NCBI GenBank assembly: GCA_963721455.1
Contig: CAVRJG010000056.1
Coordinates: 1-64,000, forward strand
Direction: 5' to 3'
Source of the DNA: an uncultured Methanosarcinaceae archaeon
GTDB taxonomy: Archaea > Halobacteriota > Methanosarcinia > Methanosarcinales > Methanosarcinaceae
Length of the DNA: 64,000 nucleotides
Below are positions 55,764 through 64,000 of the stretch, one piece after another. The notes under the pieces are model-generated. The model had not been told where the DNA came from. It ran no database searches and saw only the letters and a program-made list of their open reading frames with translations. Within the stretch, counting starts at the first letter, position 1, and every line of letters starts with the position of its first letter. The translations under genes were made by a program, and so were the position numbers.

Positions 55764-57131
55764 ATGACCACTGAAGAGCATATTGATTTTTTCTTCAAGC
55801 CTGAGAGCATAGCCCTGATAGGAGCCTCGCCAAATCCCGAAAAGCTTTCCTGCACAATTCTGGAAAGCCTCCTGAAGATGAGGTTTCAGGGAAGGATATA
55901 TCCCGTAAATCCGGGCTACCGGGAGATTAAAGGGCTTAGATGTTACTCGGCTCCCGGAGAGATTAAGGACACAATTGATATTGCGATTTTTGCAGTCCCG
56001 GCATCTTCGGTTCTTGAAATCCTTAAAGGCCCTGTGGAAAATATAAAAGGAGCGGTAATTGTCAGTTCCGGTTTTCGGGAAATGGGGCCTGAAGGAAAGG
56101 AAATGGAAGTTCGCCTGAAAGAAATCTTAAAGGAGAAAGGTATCCGGGCTATGGGGCCTAATTGCCTGGGGATCTATGACACGATCTCAAAAGTGGACAC
56201 CTTTTTTATAGGCCAGGATAAGGTAGAAAGGCCTGGAAGAGGCGGAGTTTCCGTGCTTACCCAGAGCGGGTCCTTTGCGGCTATGATTATGGACGAGATG
56301 GCAAACGAGGGAGCAGGGGTTGCAAGGGTTATAAGCTATGGAAATAAAGTGGATGTGGACGAAAGCGATTGCCTCGAGTTCCTGACAGGAGATGAAGCCA
56401 CAAAAGCAGTTGCGATCTACATCGAATCTGTGGAAAATGGGCGCAGGTTCCTTGAAGCTGCTTCCGGCTGTGTGAAAAAGAAACCTGTGGTAGCTCTCAA
56501 AGTTGGAAAGCGGGAGCCGGGAGCAAGAGCAGCAAGTTCCCATACAGGCGCTGTTAGCGGGAGATATGAGGCTTATGAAGCCGCTTTCCGAAAAGCAGGC
56601 GTAATAGAAGTTACAAATTATGAAGAATTGAAAGATGCCTGCAAAGTCCTGAACAGGTATCCGCTGGTTAAAGGAAAAAGAGTCCTCATTATAACTGACG
56701 GAGGAGGCATAGGGATTTCAGTTGCCGATGCCTGTGAAGAGGCCGGACTAAAGGTATCCGAAATTTCCAGCGAGGCTGTGAGGAGGCTGAAAGAGAAACT
56801 TCCGGCTTTTGCTTCCGTAAGAAATCCTGTAGACCTGACAGGCAGTGTAAGGGACGAGCACTATGTTGCTGCCCTGCAGGAGGCTTTTGGGGAGGAATAC
56901 GATCTTGCAATAGTGAGCCTGCTCTGGGGTCCGCCTCTTCTTACCAGAGCAGTTGCGGAGAAAATCAGAGACTTTGCTGACAGTTGCGGAAAGCCGATCC
57001 TCATATGTTCTCCAGGCGGAAAATTCACAAGGGAAATGGCTGCATCATTCACGGCAGTAGGGATTCCGGTCTTTTTTACTCCGGACAGCGCAGTCAGGGC
57101 TGCAGCGGTGCTGTGCGGAGGAAAGAGATAA
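55764..57131 (+). CDS. acdA: Acetate--CoA ligase (ADP-forming) alpha subunit / CoA-binding protein
   Basis: IALIGAS, YPVNP, GPNCLG, QSGS, ASSHTGA (phospho-His), NPVDLTG. Confidence 0.85.
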   Translation: MTTEEHIDFFFKPESIALIGASPNPEKLSCTILESLLKMRFQGRIYPVNPGYREIKGLRCYSAPGEIKDTIDIAIFAVPASSVLEILKGPVENIKGAVIVSSGFREMGPEGKEMEVRLKEILKEKGIRAMGPNCLGIYDTISKVDTFFIGQDKVERPGRGGVSVLTQSGSFAAMIMDEMANEGAGVARVISYGNKVDVDESDCLEFLTGDEATKAVAIYIESVENGRRFLEAASGCVKKKPVVALKVGKREPGARAASSHTGAVSGRYEAYEAAFRKAGVIEVTNYEELKDACKVLNRYPLVKGKRVLIITDGGGIGISVADACEEAGLKVSEISSEAVRRLKEKLPAFASVRNPVDLTGSVRDEHYVAALQEAFGEEYDLAIVSLLWGPPLLTRAVAEKIRDFADSCGKPILICSPGGKFTREMAASFTAVGIPVFFTPDSAVRAAAVLCGGKR

Positions 57132-57484
57132 TTTGAGAAATCTGTGTGAACTACAAAAGAACTTCAAATAAGCAGACTTAAAAATAAATTTAAAATCAAA
57201 TTCGGATTGAGACCTGTAGAAATTATGTAAGTACATGGAAACCTTTTTTTATAAAATTTGGGATATTTATCGTAAGAATCTGTAATCAGTAGATGAATTT
57301 CTGAAGGCAGGTCAGGACTTATTTTAAGAACAAATATTTCAATAAGTAGATAAAATCAGGTGATATTTGTAATACCAAACATATTTTTCTATATAAGCTT
57401 CAAAGAGATGTAATCATTATTCACTTGCGCCTTGATTGCTGATTTCTTCCGGGAAATGGAGGGAAAAGGGAAGGGGGATTCGGT

Positions 57485-58267
57485 ATGGAAACAGCATTTA
57501 ATAAATCAAAGTTTTCCTGGGCAAAATATTTTTCGAACAAAAAAACGGGAGGACACAGGCATTCTACAGAAGAATTCCTTTTTAAAGAGGCTAGGGAAAA
57601 ACTGTATCATTTAAGTGGGGGCAAATCCCTTCTCGATTTTGGATGCGGTGCCGGAGAACTTCTAATATACTACGTGCCAAATTATGAGAGGGTAGTGGGG
57701 GCTGATTTTTCAAGTTCCATGCTTTTTGAAGCGGAAAAGAAAATGTGGCAGCAGAACTACAAAAATGTAAATTTAATCCTTGCCGATGACGAAACAATCT
57801 GGGATAAGTTGAATTTATCATTTGACCGGATTACTGCAACAGAAGTGGTCCAGTACCTGACGCCTGAGCAGGTAGATGCTTTTATCCGGCATGCATCCGA
57901 CCATCTCAATGAGGACGGAAAAATAGTCTTTTTTGATATAATTGACCCAAGGCTGTATTCTTTATGGAAAATCGGATGGTTTTCACAGAATTTTAGATTA
58001 TGGAAGACTTTGCCGAAGGTTGGTCTGGGATGCTTTAAGCAAGTATCGGCCATTTTGAAAAATCTTCCAAGGGATATAATTGGAGATGCTCACAGTCCCT
58101 ACCTGATTGAAAAAATTGCCAATAAGCATGGCTTCAAAATGGAATATGTAAAGTCTATGTACTATGAGTACAGGTATCATGCAATATTATCGAAGGATAT
58201 TATGAAACCTTTCAGGGCATGTGAGGCTTTAGGAGAGGATCCAATGCCCTCATACCTTACAACCTGA
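57485..58267 (+). CDS. Class I SAM-dependent methyltransferase
   Basis: LLDFGCGAGE, VGADFS, FDRI. Confidence 0.88.
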   Translation: METAFNKSKFSWAKYFSNKKTGGHRHSTEEFLFKEAREKLYHLSGGKSLLDFGCGAGELLIYYVPNYERVVGADFSSSMLFEAEKKMWQQNYKNVNLILADDETIWDKLNLSFDRITATEVVQYLTPEQVDAFIRHASDHLNEDGKIVFFDIIDPRLYSLWKIGWFSQNFRLWKTLPKVGLGCFKQVSAILKNLPRDIIGDAHSPYLIEKIANKHGFKMEYVKSMYYEYRYHAILSKDIMKPFRACEALGEDPMPSYLTT

Positions 58268-58694
58268 CTGTGAAACTTACTATAAATGTAATTATAAATT
58301 CCTTCCTGTACTTCCCCGCAGCTTTTGTTTTTGTGTATCCGGTCCAACCCATTACTCATGCACTTCTCCTGAACATATGGGGTTGAGTATCCTCATTGAC
58401 TGAAGCTTATCTGCACTTCACCCATTAATTTTTTAGATATATACAAAAATTATAAATAGAATCCAACATATTTCGTTAGAAATCGAACAATTTGTAATCA
58501 AACAAATAACTGGTTAAAACACTCACAATAAACATTTTGCGCTGACCTTCACATCTTATTTACAGAAATTTCCAGAAGTACAATATCCGTAAATTTGCAG
58601 GTTTTCGAGTCCCTGAGTATTTGAAAACCGGAAAAGAAGATTGGAATGAATTCATAGAGATCAGACAGCCTGCGGGAACTTTAGAGGTAATGAA

Positions 58695-59615
58695 ATGCAA
58701 TCAAATACGGCAGAGGCACTAATAAAATCATTAAATTCCACTGATCAGGAAGGTTCTTTTGACGCTATTGGGCCTGCTGAGACTTCCAGTGCCCCCGGAG
58801 ACAATTCCGGCATAAATAGTGATATGGACACAGGAGACTGCACAGAGGCTTTTGAAGCTAATAATCATACTGATACTCGTAACGTTGCTGCCAGGTCAGG
58901 GCGCAGTCCTCTCATCAAATTGACAAATCTCTGGAAAATCTACCTGATGGGAGAAATTGAGTTTGCAGCTCTCAAGAGAGTCGACCTCGAAATCTATGAA
59001 GGGGAATTTGTAGTGGTTCTCGGCCCAAGCGGAAGTGGAAAAAGTACGCTTATGAACCTGTTAGGCTGCCTTGACCTTCCCTCGGAGGGAACAGTCTTTC
59101 TGAACTCAAGGGATATTTCCAAACTTGAAGAATCCGAACTGGCCCGTATCCGGGGACAGATGATAGGATTTATTTTCCAGAGTTTTAACCTCATTCCCAC
59201 TCTGAACACACTGGAAAACGTTCTGTTGCCCCTGGAATTTCAGGAAGAAGATCCGGTAAGAGCAAGAAAAAGAGGAGAATACCTGCTAGAAGTTGTAGGG
59301 CTTTCGGATAAGAAACGCAACCTGCCGTCTCAGCTTTCAGGGGGACAGAGGCAGAGAGTTGCAATTGCTCGTTCTCTTGCCGTTAACCCACCTATTATCC
59401 TTGCAGACGAACCCACAGGGAACCTGGATACCAAAACTGGAGATTATATCCTGGGATTTCTGGCTAAGTTACATGAAAAGGAAGGAAAGACAATCATTAT
59501 TGTAACCCATGACCTTGACATTGTAAAGTATGCAACAAGGGTCGTGTACATCAGAGATGGTGAAATCGAAAAAATTGAAAAACATAAGAAAAACGAACCG
59601 GTGGAACAGAAATGA
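58695..59615 (+). CDS. ABC transporter ATP-binding protein (LolD/MacB-type)
   Basis: [36 protein letters not shown]. Confidence 0.95.
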   Translation: MQSNTAEALIKSLNSTDQEGSFDAIGPAETSSAPGDNSGINSDMDTGDCTEAFEANNHTDTRNVAARSGRSPLIKLTNLWKIYLMGEIEFAALKRVDLEIYEGEFVVVLGPSGSGKSTLMNLLGCLDLPSEGTVFLNSRDISKLEESELARIRGQMIGFIFQSFNLIPTLNTLENVLLPLEFQEEDPVRARKRGEYLLEVVGLSDKKRNLPSQLSGGQRQRVAIARSLAVNPPIILADEPTGNLDTKTGDYILGFLAKLHEKEGKTIIIVTHDLDIVKYATRVVYIRDGEIEKIEKHKKNEPVEQK

Positions 59616-60997
59616 AAACGTTTTCTTTGCTAACGCTCTTACTGCTGCTTACAGCATTCATATCCCTCGGAGCCGGAACAGCACTTGGCTCAAACGGAAT
59701 GATAGACTCCTCATCCATGCAGGTAAATCTAACGAACCAGAATCCCGATGCTGCTCGTCCTGGAGAACCTGTTGAACTCACTGTCAGTGTGCAAAATGTA
59801 GGAAGCAATAACCTGAAAGATATTGCTGTCACAGTTAATCCGGAATATCCTTTCAGTAAGGTTTCCGGAGAAACTCTTGAAAAGGAGGTCTCCTATCTGA
59901 ATGCACGGCAGGATGATAACGATGCAGCTGTCCTTAAGTTCAAGCTCATGACAGACTCCAACGCTTCCGAAGGCACTTATGATATCGACATCACCACCAT
60001 TGCCAAAAAAGATGGATCCTCATCAAACACGATTACTACTACAAAAACCATCCAGCTAGAGGTAAGGGGTAAAGAGTACGCTCAGATCGTGACCATAAAC
60101 AAGGCGAATATTGACATAGCAAGGGAAGAGCCTCTCGAGTTCATTATAACGAATACAGGAAACTCCCCTCTGAAAAATATGGTCGTCTCCTGGAAAGATC
60201 CCAAAGGTGTTATCCTCCCGGTCTACTCGGACAATACAAAGTACATTAAGTACCTGGAAACAGGTCAATCCGTGACAGTTGCTTACTTGGTCATGGCAGA
60301 TGTAAACGCCAATCCCGGGCTCTACACTCTGGATATAAACCTTAGCTTTGAAGACTATGAATCCAATACAAAAAATATCCAGACCACAGCAGGACTTTTC
60401 GTAGGCGGGGAAACCGACTTTGATGTTTCCTTTTCGGAAAACGATGCGGGAGAGATTTCCCTTTCAGTTGCAAACGTGGGCAATAACATGGCATATTCGG
60501 TGAAAGTATCGGTTCCGGATCAGGACGGTTACAGGGTATCAGGAAGTTCCTCCTCTATCGTGGGAAACCTTGAGAAAGGAGACTACACAATCGCTTCATT
60601 TAATGTTGCGAGCACACAGGCTGCAGGAGGAAGTGAAGGAGGGAGTCCCGGAGCACCACCGGATAGTGCAAAAGCCAGTGATACAGGAGACAATGAAACG
60701 TCTGCTTCAACGGATTCCAATCCACTAAAAGTCCAGATTGAGTATACGGATGCAAAGGGAGAAAGAATAACAGTCAACAAGGAAGTAAAACTCGAAATGA
60801 CTTCCGGAAATATGACTGCGCAGGGAGCAGGAGAGCCAGGCAGTCGCAGCGGATTCGGTTCATACGTGCTCTATATTGCGATAATAGCACTTGCAGGAGC
60901 AGGAGTATTTGTATACCGCAAGAAAAAACAGGGAGAGAAAAAAGCCGGATACAAAGCATCTGAAAATGATGCAAGTTCAGGAGTACTCAAGCACTGA
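59612..60997 (+). CDS. COG1361-type S-layer-like accessory protein
   Basis: Signal peptide, repeated Ig-like N.G motifs and a C-terminal TM helix with basic tail; lies between the ABC genes. Confidence 0.8.
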   Translation: MKTFSLLTLLLLLTAFISLGAGTALGSNGMIDSSSMQVNLTNQNPDAARPGEPVELTVSVQNVGSNNLKDIAVTVNPEYPFSKVSGETLEKEVSYLNARQDDNDAAVLKFKLMTDSNASEGTYDIDITTIAKKDGSSSNTITTTKTIQLEVRGKEYAQIVTINKANIDIAREEPLEFIITNTGNSPLKNMVVSWKDPKGVILPVYSDNTKYIKYLETGQSVTVAYLVMADVNANPGLYTLDINLSFEDYESNTKNIQTTAGLFVGGETDFDVSFSENDAGEISLSVANVGNNMAYSVKVSVPDQDGYRVSGSSSSIVGNLEKGDYTIASFNVASTQAAGGSEGGSPGAPPDSAKASDTGDNETSASTDSNPLKVQIEYTDAKGERITVNKEVKLEMTSGNMTAQGAGEPGSRSGFGSYVLYIAIIALAGAGVFVYRKKKQGEKKAGYKASENDASSGVLKH

Positions 60998-61025
60998 AAA
61001 AAAGCAAAAACTGGAGGGATGCTCA

Positions 61026-62276
61026 ATTAGAAACGCAACTTACCTGAAAATGGCCCTGAACATGCTCCTGCACAGCAAACTCCGGAGCTGGCTAACTATT
61101 ATCGGGATAGTTATAGGGGTTGGAGCAGTTGTAGGGATTATTTCTCTGGGGGATGCTATGGAGGCAAGCGTACAGAGCAGCCTTGCCAACATGGACCTGA
61201 CAAGCATCACCATAACGCCGGGATATTCAAAAGCTCAGTCGCATATGCCCGGTCACGGGGATAACGGATGGGGAGGAGGAGGTACTGCGACTGACGCCCA
61301 ACTGACAGATCACGATATCGATGCTCTTCAGGGTATAAAAGGCATAACGTACGTTACAGGTGAGATTTCCGGCAGAGAGGAAATTAGCTACACCGGAGAA
61401 AACGCAACCCTTTCTATCACTGGAGTGGACCCCCAGGTCTGGCAATACATGAACTCTCTTGAGGTAGAATCCGGAAGGCTTCTGGAACCGGCAGACAAGT
61501 ATGTTGCGGTTATCGGAAGCGGTGTTGCCAGGGGAATTTATAAAAAAGACATTGGAGTTAACCAGCTTATAACGATCAACGGTAAGTCTGTGAGAGTTGT
61601 CGGAATCCTGAAAGAAGAAGGTGGAAGTGGGGACAATCAGATATACATGCCGATAGAAGCTGCAGTGAACCTGATTACAGATGCGAAAAAAGACGTCTTT
61701 GATTCCATCAACGTAAAAGCTCAGAGTGTAGATATAGTAGACACGGTGGTTACGACGATTGAAAAAAAGCTCATGATTTCCAGACACATCTCCAATGAGG
61801 ATGACAGAGACTTTTCCGTAACCGCCTTAAAGTCCATGGCTCAGTCAGTTACCAGTATGATTTCCTCGATGACTCTCTTTTTGGGAGCCATTGCTGCTGT
61901 ATCGCTTGTTGTAGGAGCTGTGGGAATTGCAAATACGATGTTTACTTCTGTCCTTGAAAAGACAAGGGAAATCGGAACTATGAAAGCCATAGGGGCGAAA
62001 AATCGAGATATCCTTATGATTTTCATCTTTAACTCCGCAATGGTAGGTCTTGTTGGAGGTATCCTTGGAGTTACACTGGGAGCGCTTGTTTCAGCTATCT
62101 TCCCGATGATTGGCGTGACCATGACAAGACCAGAAAGCGGGGTAAGCCTGCCTCTTTCCCCTGGTCTGATGATTTTTGGACTGATTCTCGCTGTCCTTAT
62201 CGGTGTAATCTCAGGAGCAGTGCCCGCATACAGGGCTTCAAAAATGAAACCTGTAGACGCACTGCGATACGAATAA
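61026..62276 (+). CDS. ABC transporter permease (MacB/FtsX-type); start uncertain
   Basis: RSWLTIIGIVIG, GIANTM..SVLEKTREIG.MKAIGA, PAYRASKM.PVDALRYE. Confidence 0.93.
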   Translation: MRNATYLKMALNMLLHSKLRSWLTIIGIVIGVGAVVGIISLGDAMEASVQSSLANMDLTSITITPGYSKAQSHMPGHGDNGWGGGGTATDAQLTDHDIDALQGIKGITYVTGEISGREEISYTGENATLSITGVDPQVWQYMNSLEVESGRLLEPADKYVAVIGSGVARGIYKKDIGVNQLITINGKSVRVVGILKEEGGSGDNQIYMPIEAAVNLITDAKKDVFDSINVKAQSVDIVDTVVTTIEKKLMISRHISNEDDRDFSVTALKSMAQSVTSMISSMTLFLGAIAAVSLVVGAVGIANTMFTSVLEKTREIGTMKAIGAKNRDILMIFIFNSAMVGLVGGILGVTLGALVSAIFPMIGVTMTRPESGVSLPLSPGLMIFGLILAVLIGVISGAVPAYRASKMKPVDALRYE

Positions 62277-62420
62277 CTGGAAACCCGGACTGCTTAGAGG
62301 TATGAAGAATCGTGGATGATGCTTAAAGAAGAGTTCGGGCTTAGAAAAGGGAAGTTGAAAAAACTGAAAGTTGAAAAGGGAAGCTTTTAGAAAAACGAAT
62401 AATTAAGGAAGATGCAATAA

Positions 62421-63857
62421 ATGAAAAGTAATCAAGGTAAAAGTGAAATTTCTGCCGGGCATGCAGGGGAAATGGAGACAATTGGTGTAAAAACACTGTT
62501 GGGGGACCCAAAAAAAGCTATAGTGAAACTTTCAATTCCTATGGTTATTGCGATGTCAGTACAGACACTCTACAGTCTGGTTGATACTTACTGGGTTTCC
62601 GGGCTTGGAGCAGATGCCCTTGCAGCAATGGGTTTTGTATTCCCATTTTTCTTCATCAGCATGGCTTTATCCAATGGATTGGGTATAGGCGGGGGAGCTG
62701 CAATCTCCCGAATGATAGGAGCCAGGAATAAAGCAGGTGCAGATAATGTAGCAGTACATACGATAATTATAATGACTCTGCTCTCGATTCTATTTACAAT
62801 TCCTTTTTATATCTTTGCACCTCAAATCTTTACCCTTGTAGGAGCCGGAAAAACTACAGGTCTTGCAGTTGCATATGCCAGAGTTATTTTCCTTGGAAGC
62901 ATTGCAATATTTTTTTCCAACATAGCTAATGCAATTCTTCGAAGCGAGGGAGATTCAAAGCGAGCTATGAAAGCTATGATTATAGGCGGAGTCCTGAACA
63001 TTGTCCTTGATCCTATCTTCATCTACACTCTGAATATGGGAATCGCAGGTGCAGCCTGGGCGACGGTGCTTTCCATCGCAATATCTTCTCTTATGATGGC
63101 TAACTGGCTTTTCTTCAGAAAAGATACTTATGTGAACTTCAATTTTAAGGATTTCCATTTTGAAAGGAAGATTGTAAAAGACATCTTTGATGTTGCAGTT
63201 CCAGCTTCGGCCCAGCAACTTTCCATGTCTCTGTCAATGGTATTCTTGAACTTCATTATTGTGCTTGTAAGTAACACTGATGGAGTTGCAGTATATTCTA
63301 CAGGATGGAGAATAGCGACAATTGCAATGGCTCCTTTAATAGGAATATCAACTGCTGTAATTTCAGTAACCGGAGCTGCGATGGGGGCGCGTGAGTATAT
63401 AAAAGCAAAAGTTGTTCTTTCCTACTCAACAAGACTTGGATTTCTTATAGAGTGTGCAGCCGGAGCTTTTATATTTATCTTTGCCACGCCAATAGCTTCC
63501 ATATTTACACAATCTGAAGGGGGAGCCCATATAACAGCTGACCTTTCCCACTTCCTGAGAGTTATGTGCCTGTTCTACCCAACCGCTGCACTTGGTTTTT
63601 TCTCCTCTTCTTTTTTCCAGGGAGCGGGCAGGGGAATGAGTGCTTTGATTGCAACCCTCCTGAGAACTATTGTTTTTACTCCCATCTTTGCAGCACTTTT
63701 AGCTTTCACCTTTAATATGGGGCAGGAAGGAGCCTGGTGGGGAATGGTTATAGGCAACGGAATAGGCTCTCTGTTAATGTATGTCTGGGCATTGTATTTC
63801 CTGAGAACACTTTTAAGAACAAAACATGTTGCGAGGGTTGAGGGAGCTTCAGCCTGA
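62421..63857 (+). CDS. MATE-family efflux transporter
   Basis: LYSLVDTYWVSGLG, LNIVLDPIFI, GIAGAAWAT; multi-TM pattern. Confidence 0.93.
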   Translation: MKSNQGKSEISAGHAGEMETIGVKTLLGDPKKAIVKLSIPMVIAMSVQTLYSLVDTYWVSGLGADALAAMGFVFPFFFISMALSNGLGIGGGAAISRMIGARNKAGADNVAVHTIIIMTLLSILFTIPFYIFAPQIFTLVGAGKTTGLAVAYARVIFLGSIAIFFSNIANAILRSEGDSKRAMKAMIIGGVLNIVLDPIFIYTLNMGIAGAAWATVLSIAISSLMMANWLFFRKDTYVNFNFKDFHFERKIVKDIFDVAVPASAQQLSMSLSMVFLNFIIVLVSNTDGVAVYSTGWRIATIAMAPLIGISTAVISVTGAAMGAREYIKAKVVLSYSTRLGFLIECAAGAFIFIFATPIASIFTQSEGGAHITADLSHFLRVMCLFYPTAALGFFSSSFFQGAGRGMSALIATLLRTIVFTPIFAALLAFTFNMGQEGAWWGMVIGNGIGSLLMYVWALYFLRTLLRTKHVARVEGASA

Positions 63858-64000
63858 AAAGGGCTGGCTCTTTCTCTACTTTCACTTACAACTATGTATC
63901 TTATTTTAAATTTATTAGGAGCCAGTAAGATATTGAATATATTTTTCAGAGTCTTTTCTCTTCCAGGCTCTTATTTATCATATTAATTATTTTTTATCCA

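Overview
The window looks like a Methanosarcina-type methanogen chromosome: archaeal split RNA polymerase, EF-2/EF-1alpha, the archaeal CoA pathway and a MEDS/PAS histidine kinase. (1) 1-12.2 kb is a decaying defence island. It holds a frameshifted WD40-ROC-COR-Zn-TIR (ROCO-TIR) gene and an McrBC pair, both cut at their 5' ends by one IS630. It also has three different 12-bp tandem repeats, a type I R-M hsdM plus a second partial hsdM fused to an hsdR remnant (no hsdS), a surface beta-propeller gene and a MITE. (2) 12.3-22.6 kb is housekeeping: PHP, rlmE, aVLRF1, coaBC, pantoate kinase, phosphopantothenate synthetase, HD protein, amidohydrolase, ahcY. (3) 22.6-33 kb is accessory. A frameshifted HD-CE-STAND-TPR (NLR-like) gene sits between two copies of a direct repeat that carries a hairpin. 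A sensor kinase is interrupted by a MITE that itself contains an IS1634, and both elements duplicated TTTGAA. (4) 33.6-47.8 kb is tRNA-Lys plus the rpoH-B''-B'-A'-A''-L30e-nusA-S12-S7-EF2-EF1a-S10 cluster. (5) 48-64 kb has DUF4139, a putative redox/nitrosative-stress cluster around an HxlR regulator, acdA, a methyltransferase, an ABC exporter operon and MATE. All calls come from motif recognition by eye; no searches were run. Many accessory-gene frameshifts may be long-read errors.
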